A program made the position numbers and the translations under genes. The notes below the pieces were generated by a model. That model was not told the DNA's origin and did not search any database. It saw nothing but the letters and a program-made list of their open reading frames with translations. DNA of 32,000 nt from Chlamydiales bacterium (GTDB taxonomy: Bacteria; Chlamydiota; Chlamydiia; Chlamydiales; JAAKFR01): NCBI GenBank assembly GCA_041395025.1, contig JAWLBH010000001.1, positions 90,001-122,000 on the forward strand. Reading direction: 5' to 3'. Positions 1 to 8,508 of this stretch are shown here, piece after piece. Every line of letters begins with the position of its first letter. Within the stretch, counting starts at the first letter, position 1.

Positions 1-241
1 TTATTGTAAAAATGAAATCTTTATCCTTGTATGAAAAATTATTGATTTGCTGAGATCCAAACCAGCTTAGATGGATCTTATCAATAGAAAGAGTTCCAGA
101 ATTATAGGTATTAAACCATTCAAGTCCTTTTTTCATTCCATATGAGCTAGAAATAAATGTAGGTAATAAAAGAATAAAAAAGAGTCCAAGAATCAATAAA
201 AAAGTAAAGGTCCAGAGAATGTTTTTAAAAAAATAAGACAT
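1..241 (-). CDS. N-terminal part of a membrane-anchored protein that continues beyond the left window edge (absent from the supplied ORF track; possibly AsmA/TamB-like, family guess weak)
   Basis: Hand translation of the minus strand from ATG (complement of 239-241) gives 80 stop-free codons to the window edge: MSYFFKNILWTFTFLLILGLFFILLLPTFISSSYGMKKGLEWFNTYNSGTLSIDKIHLSWFGSQQINNFSYKDKDFIFTI. There is a single N-terminal hydrophobic anchor followed by polar sequence. Confidence 0.4.
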   Translation of the reverse strand, partial: MSYFFKNILWTFTFLLILGLFFILLLPTFISSSYGMKKGLEWFNTYNSGTLSIDKIHLSWFGSQQINNFSYKDKDFIFTI

Positions 242-250
242 AAAAGAGGA

Positions 251-1567
251 TTAGTTGATCTTTTTTAAGAGAATGTTCGCATCTGATTCCTCCATAATCC
301 TGTCAAATTTTTTTAAACTATTTAAGATGGAATTAACCTCTAGAGAAGAGGTTAATTCCATCTGCTCACCTCTTGCATTGACCTTATCAATCACTGATTT
401 AATTGTTAGTTTATCGATATTATCAGCTGGTTGAAAACCAATTGTACTATATTTATTTCCAATCACTTTAGAAAGAATTTTTGCTTCGATTAATTGATTA
501 AGCAGACTTTTTGTTAACGATAGGGGAATGGTAAGTTTATTAGTTATTTGAGTAATAGGTATAGGAGATTTTTTTTCTAAAAAAAATTTAACTGATAAGT
601 GGGTGATCCTAATCAAAAGAACCATGCGAAAATGATAACTAAGATCACTTTCTTTTATGAAAAACATTGACGAATTTACATGTTGAATAGCAAATGATAA
701 TTTGGCACCTAAGAGGATAATAATCCAGCTAATATGGATCCAGATAAGGAATAAAGGAAACGCTGCAAATGTTCCATAAATCGCATTGTAATTAGTGACA
801 CCGATCTGAAAATGAAAATAGATCCATTGGATCAGTTGATATATACCACTAACAATGATCCCTGCTATAAGAGCAGGAATCAGCGCCACGCGTGTATTAG
901 GAATAAAAATATAGATAAAAGTAAATATAAAGGAATTAAGGAAAAAAGGGGTGAAATTTAAAAAAGGAAGAAAATAAACTGTCAAATTTTTAAAAAAATG
1001 TTCTTGGATAAAAATTTCAAATGCAGTAGATAAGTGTAAAGTTATCCCACTAGATATCAATACAGTTATAGGGCAAAGAAAAATCATAAAAAAGTAATCT
1101 GTGATTCTTCTTATCAAGAGTTTTTTTTCTTTTGCTTCCCAGATAGTATTCAAGCTTGTTTCAAGATAAAGAAAAATTTTAAATCCTGTCCAAAGCAAAA
1201 TTAAGATACCAATTCCAGTAATTAATCCTCGATGAGTCTTTTCTAAAGAGGTATTTGCAAATTGAAAAATCTTTTCAATCACAATTTTTTGTTCAATGAA
1301 TCGATTAAATAACCAGCTTTTAAAAGCTGATTCAAATTTTAATCCACGTGCTATTTCTATAAGGACAGCAAAAATTGGAACAATCCCAAGACAAGAATAA
1401 TATGTAAGAGCAGAAGCACCTTGTTGAATCTGTTTTTTTGTAAATCCTTCAATACTTAGTAATAGAATACGCACAAAACGCATCCAATGAGCCTGTATTT
1501 TTGAAAGAGATTTTAGATCGGTAGACCATATCTTTTTTGTCAGTGTTCGAATCGACCATATATCCAT
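251..1567 (-). CDS. yihY: YihY/BrkB-family inner-membrane protein with a ~130-aa soluble C-terminal extension
   Basis: 438 aa. The N-terminal signature GASALTYYSCLGIVPIFAVL and about 6 hydrophobic segments are typical of the YihY (formerly 'RNase BN') family. The last ~130 aa are non-hydrophobic. Confidence 0.75.
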   Translation of the reverse strand: MDIWSIRTLTKKIWSTDLKSLSKIQAHWMRFVRILLLSIEGFTKKQIQQGASALTYYSCLGIVPIFAVLIEIARGLKFESAFKSWLFNRFIEQKIVIEKIFQFANTSLEKTHRGLITGIGILILLWTGFKIFLYLETSLNTIWEAKEKKLLIRRITDYFFMIFLCPITVLISSGITLHLSTAFEIFIQEHFFKNLTVYFLPFLNFTPFFLNSFIFTFIYIFIPNTRVALIPALIAGIIVSGIYQLIQWIYFHFQIGVTNYNAIYGTFAAFPLFLIWIHISWIIILLGAKLSFAIQHVNSSMFFIKESDLSYHFRMVLLIRITHLSVKFFLEKKSPIPITQITNKLTIPLSLTKSLLNQLIEAKILSKVIGNKYSTIGFQPADNIDKLTIKSVIDKVNARGEQMELTSSLEVNSILNSLKKFDRIMEESDANILLKKIN

Positions 1568-1604
1568 ATGTGATTTTTTGTTGATCTTAAAACTAGTTTA
1601 TTTC

Positions 1605-1646
1605 ATTGGTAATCAATATCATTAATTAATGATATTGATTACCAAT
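1605..1646. repeat. Perfect 42-bp palindrome (attggtaatcaatatcattaa|ttaatgatattgattaccaat)
   Basis: Checked base by base: the reverse complement of 1626-1646 equals 1605-1625. It lies between the stop of the Inc-like gene (1742) and the yihY start (1567). Confidence 0.9.
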
Positions 1647-1648
1647 AG

Positions 1649-1674
1649 ATATTATATATTTAAATATATAATAT
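1649..1674. repeat. Perfect 26-bp palindrome (atattatatattt|aaatatataatat), 2 bp from the 42-bp palindrome
   Basis: Checked base by base: the reverse complement of 1662-1674 equals 1649-1661. Confidence 0.9.
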
Positions 1675-1741
1675 TTTGAATTTATAATCATCTTAAAAAA
1701 TCAGAAATAGAAAGACATCGCATTACTATGACTATATCTTT

Positions 1742-2830
1742 CTAAATTTTTTGTTGAATACGGTGGTATTTTTTAAAGTCTTTAGATAATTTAGACATCT
1801 TTTCCACGAGCTTGTTAAACCTTCCATTATCTTCTTTAAAATCAGAAAATTCTTCTGTTATAGAACGCAACTGAATCGATATTTGATTTTTAATCTCCTC
1901 GAGGCCTTTGACCTCATCAGTAATTTTTTTTAATGTTTCTTTTTGAAGGGTCATGTTCTCATCGTTAATTTTCAACTGTCCTTCTAACTTGGCAACTTCT
2001 AACAATAAGCTGCATTTTTCTTCTTTCAATGTAGCTATAAGTGACATTAGGTGTTTACTGCACTCTGAAAATTTTAATTCTTTGATATCATCAAAAAGAT
2101 TTTTTACAGTATACATGCTTATTTTCCATGAATTGAATAGATTAGTTACTTCACCTTGCAATTGATTTTTCTCAGTATTTAGATCGACTAAATGTTTTTC
2201 AAAACAAGCCAAGTGTTTTTCAAACACTTCATAACTCTTATTTGTAGCTTGAGAAGTAGACAAAAGACTTTTATTGGCAGATTGAAAATCATGAATCATT
2301 GATTCAATATTGCTTTTCATATTTTTTAAGTTCGTGATTTCTGAACTCATTCTCTCAATGAGAGTTTCGTATTCTTTATTATCTTGTGTTGTTTTTTCTA
2401 ATAAGCTTTTAAATGTCAAGATTGATTGCTTCATTTGCCCATTGTTATGTTTCATAGCTACTACTTCATTTTTTAGATGAGTCTCACTTTTTTGTATTTT
2501 TTTGATAGATTGCTGAAGTTCTATATTATTTGTTTCAAATTTTTTTAAATGCTGAAATTTATAGCTGATATAAATCATGTAGCATGAACTAATAGAGCTT
2601 AATCCAAAAAAAACAATAAAAGGATAGTTATTAACAAACACAGACCAGATAAGAGAAACTTTAGATGCAATAAAAAATAGACCACTTAAATATACTCGCC
2701 ATTTTGAGAGATAAGTAAAGTAAGTTTTTTTTTGAGAATGACTCTTTTGTCTTTGATGCGAATAAGGTAAAGGTTGAAGTTTAGGCCGTTGATATTGAAA
2801 AAGTTGATTAGATAAATACTCACTAGACAT
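1742..2830 (-). CDS. Putative inclusion-membrane (Inc, IncA-like) protein: bilobed hydrophobic domain plus long coiled coil
   Basis: 362 aa. A polar ~45-aa N-terminus is followed by two ~20-aa hydrophobic lobes separated by NNYP (YLSGLFFIASKVSLIWSVFV-NNYP-FIVFFGLSSISSCYMIYISY; aa ~47-90, nt ~2561-2692). The remaining ~260 aa are K/E/L/Q/N-rich heptad-like sequence. I recognise no sequence-level homolog; the call rests on architecture. Confidence 0.5.
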   Translation of the reverse strand: MSSEYLSNQLFQYQRPKLQPLPYSHQRQKSHSQKKTYFTYLSKWRVYLSGLFFIASKVSLIWSVFVNNYPFIVFFGLSSISSCYMIYISYKFQHLKKFETNNIELQQSIKKIQKSETHLKNEVVAMKHNNGQMKQSILTFKSLLEKTTQDNKEYETLIERMSSEITNLKNMKSNIESMIHDFQSANKSLLSTSQATNKSYEVFEKHLACFEKHLVDLNTEKNQLQGEVTNLFNSWKISMYTVKNLFDDIKELKFSECSKHLMSLIATLKEEKCSLLLEVAKLEGQLKINDENMTLQKETLKKITDEVKGLEEIKNQISIQLRSITEEFSDFKEDNGRFNKLVEKMSKLSKDFKKYHRIQQKI

Positions 2831-2896
2831 GTCCTCTAGCTCCTTTAAGAATTTGTTAATGGAGAGGACTATACAGATATGGTTTTTTTTTGAAAT

Positions 2897-4339
2897 CTAT
2901 TCGTGGGTATTTTTGTAAATTTCTTCTTTAATTTCTTTAAGGACTAAAAGTTTCCAATGGGGTTTGCGCATTGAAAATATAATTAGAGGAATAGAAAAAT
3001 TAATTAAAAACCCAGTAATCACGACGATTTCAAAAGGTAATATTTCCATCTTAAAATATTTAACTGGAGGGGTAAAACTAAGAAAAAGAGCCAAAAGAGC
3101 GCTACCAATTCCCATCAATCCTGCAATCCAGATTCCTAAATTTTTGAAAGGAATTTTGTAAACGCGTCGCACATTTGGGTAGCGATAGCGCAAAACAATC
3201 CCAGAAATAAATAACAAAATATACATTAGCAAATACATTTGTGCACTTAAAGCACTTAGTAACCAATAAGCGATGCTTACATTAGGGATGTACAAAAAAA
3301 TAAAAGCAGAGATTGTGACAGCAATCGCCTGAAAAAGCATCAAGTTAACCGGTATATGTCGATCATTAGTTCTATGGAAAATAGGAGGAAGGCAGCCATA
3401 TTCAGTGGTGACAAATAACCCTTTTACACCTGCAATCACCCAAGCATTTATCTCTCCAATACTTCCTAAAATAGTCATTAAAAAGACAATCGGTATAATC
3501 CACTGTAGATGATAGAGATCGAAAAAAAAGCGAAAAGCATCTAAAAGGCCAGAGACTAGACTAATTTTTTCAGGGGGAATGACTATAGCAATGGCCAAAG
3601 AACCTAGAATCAAGATTGCAAGGATAAGAAAGGTTGCCATCAACATTGCACGCGGATAATTTTTTTGGGGGTCTTTAACTTCTCGAGCTAAGTTCGCATT
3701 GGCTTCTAATCCACTCAGTGCAAGAAAAACTCCACTGAGAAAAACCAGATTAGTTGGATTTAAGTCAGGGACAAATTGCATGGATTCAAAAGCCACCATG
3801 CCTTTGGTGATCACCCAGTGTAGGGCCATCCCAATTAGAATTAATCCAGGTAAAATAGCGCCAAAAATTACACAAATTGCACTTACCAAGGCAGAGGTTT
3901 TTATGCCTAGAAAATTTGTAAATGTAATTCCCCAAAATCCAATTATTATCACTGATAAAAGAAAAAATTTACTTTTAGCAAGCTCTGGATCAATAAATTG
4001 AGCAAGAATGGCTCCAACGAAAGCTAGCATAGCAGGATACCAAGTCATATTATGAAACCACTGCATCCAAATAGCAAAAAACCCCCATCGATTACCTAAG
4101 GCTGTCTTCACCCATACATAAATTCCTCCTTCTTTTGGCCATCCAGAAGCAAGCTCTGCTGATATCAGGGCATAAGGAATCATGAAAAATAAAGCAGCGG
4201 CAGAATAAAAAAAGATAGAACTAAATCCATAAGCCGCTGTGAATGGAAGATTGCGTAAACTAATGACAACAGCAAGAGAAAGCATTCCTAATAGAAATAC
4301 ATTAAGCGTTCGGCGTGGTTTAAGAGGTTTTAAATTCAT
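2897..4339 (-). CDS. APC-superfamily amino-acid permease/antiporter
   Basis: 480 aa with about 12 hydrophobic segments. The motif SAELASGWPKEGGIYVWV is characteristic of APC amino-acid transporters (YjeM/GadC-like). Confidence 0.8.
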   Translation of the reverse strand: MNLKPLKPRRTLNVFLLGMLSLAVVISLRNLPFTAAYGFSSIFFYSAAALFFMIPYALISAELASGWPKEGGIYVWVKTALGNRWGFFAIWMQWFHNMTWYPAMLAFVGAILAQFIDPELAKSKFFLLSVIIIGFWGITFTNFLGIKTSALVSAICVIFGAILPGLILIGMALHWVITKGMVAFESMQFVPDLNPTNLVFLSGVFLALSGLEANANLAREVKDPQKNYPRAMLMATFLILAILILGSLAIAIVIPPEKISLVSGLLDAFRFFFDLYHLQWIIPIVFLMTILGSIGEINAWVIAGVKGLFVTTEYGCLPPIFHRTNDRHIPVNLMLFQAIAVTISAFIFLYIPNVSIAYWLLSALSAQMYLLMYILLFISGIVLRYRYPNVRRVYKIPFKNLGIWIAGLMGIGSALLALFLSFTPPVKYFKMEILPFEIVVITGFLINFSIPLIIFSMRKPHWKLLVLKEIKEEIYKNTHE

Positions 4340-4344
4340 GGATT

Positions 4345-5421
4345 TTATGCTATTGTTATTCTAGAATTTAGATAAATAGATTGAATCATATTCAGAAGTT
4401 GTATTCCACTTTTCATTGAACGTTGAAAGGCTTTTCTGCCTGAAATTAAACCCATCCCTCCTGCTCGTTTATTAATCACAGCTGTGCGAGCAGCAGCAGC
4501 AAAATCTTCTTTTCCCGATGGTCCTCCAGAATTGATTAAACCAATTCGCCCCATATAGCTATTGACAACTTGATAACGACATAAGTCAATGGGATGATCT
4601 GAAGATAATTTAGAATACACTTGATCATTAGTGTGTCCAAAATTAAGAGTTTGAAAACCACCATTATTTGTTGGAAGTTTTTGTTTGACAATATCTGCAC
4701 CAAGTGTTGCACCAAGGTGATTCGCTTGACCGGTTAAGTCAGCGGCACTATGGAAATCTATATTCGTTGTTTTAAAAGCAGGATTACGTAAATAACACCA
4801 AAGTATTGTTGCCATTCCGAGTTCATGAGCATAGGAAAAGGCTTTGCTAACTTCAATAATTTGTCGAGAGCTTTCAGAAGAACCAAAATAAATGGTAGCT
4901 CCTACAGCGACTGCACCCATTTCATATGCCTGATGAATATTAGCAAAAAAGATTTGGTCAAATGTATTTGGGTAACTCAAAAGTTCATTATGATTGAGCT
5001 TTAAAATAAAAGGAATTTTATGAGCATAGCGTCTAGCTAATATACTCAATACTCCGTACGTTGATGCAACAGCATTGCACCCTCCTTCAATTGCAAGCAA
5101 AATGATATTTTCCGGATCAAAATATTCCGGATTTAATGAAAAAGACCCCCCTGCAGAATGTTCAACTCCTTGATCCACAGGAAGAATAGAAAGATACCCC
5201 GATCGGGCAAGCGTCCCTGAATTAAAAATAGTTTGCAGGTTACGCAATACTCTATTATTTCTATCAGATTGACTAAAGATTCGATCCACCCAATCTTTAC
5301 TAGGTAGATGTAGTTTTTCTTTTGGGATAGTTTGACAGATATGGTTGAGTAAGAAATCTGCTTCGTCACCAAGTATCTCCTCAATTTGCGATGCTTTTAG
5401 ATCTAGATTTCCCACTCCCAT
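4345..5421 (-). CDS. fbaB: Class I fructose-bisphosphate aldolase, FbaB/DhnA type
   Basis: 358 aa, near-collinear with E. coli FbaB as I recall it. Shared stretches include [87 protein letters not shown] and a C-terminal ITIA. Confidence 0.93.
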   Translation of the reverse strand: MGVGNLDLKASQIEEILGDEADFLLNHICQTIPKEKLHLPSKDWVDRIFSQSDRNNRVLRNLQTIFNSGTLARSGYLSILPVDQGVEHSAGGSFSLNPEYFDPENIILLAIEGGCNAVASTYGVLSILARRYAHKIPFILKLNHNELLSYPNTFDQIFFANIHQAYEMGAVAVGATIYFGSSESSRQIIEVSKAFSYAHELGMATILWCYLRNPAFKTTNIDFHSAADLTGQANHLGATLGADIVKQKLPTNNGGFQTLNFGHTNDQVYSKLSSDHPIDLCRYQVVNSYMGRIGLINSGGPSGKEDFAAAARTAVINKRAGGMGLISGRKAFQRSMKSGIQLLNMIQSIYLNSRITIA

Positions 5422-5521
5422 TTATACCTCCCTAGCGTACCTACTTAAAAAAAGAAAACTCAAGTTAATGATAAAAAAATAATCGTGAACCTAAACTAAA
5501 CCATTTCATACTGATAAATTT

Positions 5522-5550
5522 TTTACAAATATTTTCCAATTTATTATAAG
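5522..5550 (+). promoter_or_regulatory. Candidate sigma70/66-type promoter for metNIQ (TTTACA-N17-TATAAG)
   Basis: -35 at 5522-5527 and -10 at 5545-5550 with a hand-counted 17-nt spacer. Such matches arise easily by chance in AT-rich DNA. Confidence 0.25.
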
Positions 5551-5564
5551 ATTCTGTTTTTATC

Positions 5565-6593
5565 TTGAGTGTCTACGTGAAAGAAAAAATTGTTTGTATC
5601 AAAAATTTAACAAAAACCTATAAGACTCAAACTAATAAATCTCCTTACTCTGCAATTAAAAATATTAATTTGGTGATAAATAAGCGAGAGATCTTTGGAA
5701 TGATCGGACCTAGCGGAGCAGGGAAAACAACTTTAATCCGTTGCCTAGTTGGTTTAGAGCGTCCGACTCATGGGGTGATAAGAATTGGAGACGCAGAAAT
5801 TACTCTTTTTGATCATACCCAAATACGTTTGGCTCGTAGAAAAATTGGTATGATCTTTCAGAATTTTAACTTATTTTCTTCATATACTGTTTTAAATAAC
5901 ATTGCCTACCCACTTCTTTTAGAAGGTATGTCTTATGAAAAACGTATGAGAAAAGCTCGTGAGCTTTTAGAGCTTGTAGGATTAATAGATAAAGCACATG
6001 CTTATCCAGCCCAAATCAGTGGAGGAGAGCGACAAAGAGTCGCTATAGCTCGTGCTTTAGCTAACAATCCAGATATTTTGTTTTGTGATGAAGCAACATC
6101 TGCTCTTGATCCAAAAACAACTTATGAGATTTTAAGTCTTCTAAATAAGCTAAATGAAGAGCTTGGTTTAACAATTTTTCTTATCACCCACGAAATGGAA
6201 GTCATTAAACAAATTTGCACACACGTGGCAGTGCTTGAAAATGGGGAAATAATAGAACAGGGTAGGGTAGCAGATCTCTTTGCTAAACCTCAACATCCTA
6301 TGACACAAAGGTTATTGCAAAATATCCATCATGATCTTCCACCAAATTTTAAAAAGAAAGGAGCTATTTTACTTCGCCTTTCTTTTAATCAAAAAACAGT
6401 TGGAGAACCTATTATTTCACGTCTTTTGCAGAAATATAAAGTTGAAATCAATATTCTTCTTGGTGGTATTGATATTTTAAAAACTGAAATGATTGGTAAC
6501 CTTATTATCAATTTATCAGGAGAGCAAGAAGAATGTTCTTTGGCTCGCAATTTTTTAGAATCTCAAGGGGTATTTTGTGATGAGATTCACTGA
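5565..6593 (+). CDS. metN: Methionine ABC importer ATP-binding protein MetN (start uncertain: TTG 5565 or GTG 5577)
   Basis: 342 aa with Walker A GPSGAGKTT, signature ISGGERQR and Walker B ILFCDEATSALD. A C-terminal NIL/ACT-like domain is typical of MetN. It is followed by metI and metQ. Confidence 0.88.
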   Translation: MSVYVKEKIVCIKNLTKTYKTQTNKSPYSAIKNINLVINKREIFGMIGPSGAGKTTLIRCLVGLERPTHGVIRIGDAEITLFDHTQIRLARRKIGMIFQNFNLFSSYTVLNNIAYPLLLEGMSYEKRMRKARELLELVGLIDKAHAYPAQISGGERQRVAIARALANNPDILFCDEATSALDPKTTYEILSLLNKLNEELGLTIFLITHEMEVIKQICTHVAVLENGEIIEQGRVADLFAKPQHPMTQRLLQNIHHDLPPNFKKKGAILLRLSFNQKTVGEPIISRLLQKYKVEINILLGGIDILKTEMIGNLIINLSGEQEECSLARNFLESQGVFCDEIH

Positions 6594-7260
6594 GAACTTC
6601 CTTCTCATCTGGAAATTGATCCCTATAGAACTTTGGCACACTGTCTATATGGTTGGAGTATCAACTTTTTTTGCACTTTTCCTTGGATTACCTATAGCAA
6701 TTATATTACGTTTAACTGATTATAAAGGACTTAAAGAAAATAAACTCATTTATCAGACTTTAGGAACAATCGTGAATATTGGGCGTTCAATTCCCTTTGC
6801 TATTTTAATTATTACGATTTTTCCTCTTACACGCTGGATTGTGGGTACTAGTATTGGTACAACAGCTTCTATCGTTCCTTTAACATTAGCTGCAGCTCCT
6901 TTTTTAGCACGCATGATTGAAGGAGCATTTAAAGAAATTGAAAAAGCAGTGATTGAAGCCTCTTTAGTCATGGGTTCAACAACTTTACAAATAGTAAGTA
7001 AAATTTTTATTCCAGAAGCACTTCCATCTATTATTAATGGGATTACGCTTACTATTGTCAATTTGATAGGGTATAGTGCTATGGCTGGTTTAGTTGGAGG
7101 AGGGGGGTTAGGAAAAATTGCCATACAATATGGTTACCAGCGTTTTAATGGATTTTTAATGGTTTTTACCCTATTCATCATCCTCTTGCTTGTTGAAACG
7201 ATCCAATGGACTGGAAATAAGATTTCAAGAACTATACTAAAAAAAAGAGGACTAGGATGA
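6577..7260 (+). CDS. metI: Methionine ABC importer permease MetI
   Basis: 227 aa with 5-6 TM segments and an EAA-type loop (IEASLVMGSTTLQIVSKIFIPEALP). It overlaps metN by 17 nt and metQ by 4 nt. Confidence 0.85.
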   Translation: MMRFTENFLLIWKLIPIELWHTVYMVGVSTFFALFLGLPIAIILRLTDYKGLKENKLIYQTLGTIVNIGRSIPFAILIITIFPLTRWIVGTSIGTTASIVPLTLAAAPFLARMIEGAFKEIEKAVIEASLVMGSTTLQIVSKIFIPEALPSIINGITLTIVNLIGYSAMAGLVGGGGLGKIAIQYGYQRFNGFLMVFTLFIILLLVETIQWTGNKISRTILKKRGLG

Positions 7261-8042
7261 GAAAATGGGTTTTAGGAATAGGGTTAATTTTACTAGCTTA
7301 CTCATGTAGAACTCCTGATACAACTTTGAAAATTGCAGCAACTACTATACCTCATGCTGAATTACTTAGATTTATTCAGGAAGATTTGATTCATCAGGGA
7401 GTTAATCTTAAAATTATTGAAGTCGATGACTACACACTTCCTAACCGAATGGTTCAAGAGGGGGATGTTGATGCAAATTTTTTTCAACATCAATCCTTTC
7501 TTGATGAAGAAATTCGCATGCATGGTTACGACTTGATGCCTTTGACAGCAGTTCATATAGAACCCTTAGGCATCTATTCTCTTGTCTATAGATCTATCGA
7601 TGCCATCAAAAATGGAAGTAAAGTCGCTATTCCTCAAGATCCAACAAATGAGGCACGTGCTTTGCTTCTATTACAAGATATTGGTTTAATTAAAATACGA
7701 AAGAGTATCGCAAACTTAAACTGCATAACACCATTAGATATTATCGAAAATCCTCAACACTTAAAATTTGAAGAATTAGATGCTTCTTATTTAGTAAGAG
7801 GATTATCAGACGTTGATCTATCAATTATTCCTTCTAATTTTGCTTTGCAAGGGAAATTAAATCCGCTTCGAGATCCGATCGCTGTAGAATGTATTGATCA
7901 TCGGTATGCAAATATTGTTGTGATAAAACCAAAAGACTTAAATAAGGAAAATTTTCAAAAATTAAAACAAGCCCTTAATACAGATAAACTTCGCTTATTT
8001 ATTGAAGAAAAGTATAGGGGATCCATTTTGCCTTCTTTTTGA
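7257..8042 (+). CDS. metQ: MetQ/NlpA-family methionine-binding lipoprotein
   Basis: 261 aa with a signal peptide and lipobox (LLAYSC). NlpA-family motifs are present (DANFFQH, IPQDPTNEARAL, IPSNFA). Confidence 0.85.
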   Translation: MRKWVLGIGLILLAYSCRTPDTTLKIAATTIPHAELLRFIQEDLIHQGVNLKIIEVDDYTLPNRMVQEGDVDANFFQHQSFLDEEIRMHGYDLMPLTAVHIEPLGIYSLVYRSIDAIKNGSKVAIPQDPTNEARALLLLQDIGLIKIRKSIANLNCITPLDIIENPQHLKFEELDASYLVRGLSDVDLSIIPSNFALQGKLNPLRDPIAVECIDHRYANIVVIKPKDLNKENFQKLKQALNTDKLRLFIEEKYRGSILPSF

Positions 8043-8157
8043 TTTAAAGAAGAAAAAATAAAACTAAATTCAAGAGCTTCTATATCTGAAAAAGCAAAAC
8101 TCAATGAGTTAAAAGATGTTATAGCAACAAAAGTCTCTGAAGCAATATGAAAAAAAA

Positions 8158-8508
8158 TTAATTTATAACTTTGAGATTTTTTTGTAAAAATAATATAAAC
8201 AATATAGAAATTAGAAAACCTAAGGGCATAAGAATTGGCATTAGTGAATTGATAGACTGAGCTATAAGCACAGCTGTAGCTCCAACTATCATATTGATAA
8301 AGCTCATAATTGCAGAACCATTTGACTTATCTTCCATACAATCCATAGCAAAACTCGATGCATTATTAAAAACTAGAAATATGCCAAAATAAATAAATGG
8401 AATTGGAAGAAATACAATCCAAAGGTTAATTTTCCCAAAAATAAAGAAAAAAAGCATAGTTGTAATTGCTAAGGCTGAAATTTTTCCTCGTAAGTCATAT
8501 AGACCCAT
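8158..8508 (-). pseudogene. 3' remnant (last ~115 codons, TM10-12) of a DHA1/Bcr-type MFS efflux transporter; 5' two-thirds missing
   Basis: The translation FLVFNNASSFAMDCMEDKSNGSAIMSFINMIVGATAVLIAQ follows the C-terminal Bcr/CflA pattern (N-A-x-x-x-A-M ... G-[ST]-A-S-x-x-x-x-x-x-x-x-x-G-A). Intact members are ~400 aa. The homologous frame runs straight into the GC-rich islet at ~8510, with no upstream MFS sequence on either side. Confidence 0.55.

Noticed and set aside
2721-2729. Homopolymer tracts as phase-variation switches (A9/T9 at ~2721-2729 in the Inc-like gene, T9 at 2887-2895 and T9 at 10973-10981)
   Set aside because: Runs of 9-10 A/T are expected frequently at this base composition, all affected genes are in frame, and there is no evidence of length heterogeneity. 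Only the T10 in the oppB-oppC spacer is mentioned, because of its context.
5422-5564. Possible SAM (S-box) riboswitch or T-box leader upstream of metNIQ
   Set aside because: The spacer is only ~143 nt, very AT-rich and lacks the GC-rich helices of those leaders. Only a weak promoter-like match was found.
6753-7124. 123-aa minus-strand ORF inside metI. The same applies to 1953-2165, 2964-3161, 3699-4001, 5133-5384, 7362-7556, 10678-10884, 11280-11519, 13222-13893, 14878-15123, 15349-15609, 17321-17614, 18901-19144, 21725-21925, 22553-22879, 23149-23373, 23798-24067, 25698-25898, 27433-27666, 28643-28915 and 29209-29518.
   Set aside because: All are embedded in, or antisense to, strongly supported conserved genes and show no recognisable protein features. 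They are treated as spurious frame artefacts.
8043-8147. 35 sense codons continuing in frame after the metQ TGA stop (FKEEKIKLNSRASISEKAKLNELKDVIATKVSEAI)
   Set aside because: MetQ already ends at the normal length for the NlpA family. The stretch is short, Lys/Glu-rich and compatible with chance in AT-rich DNA. No readthrough or recoding signal is evident.
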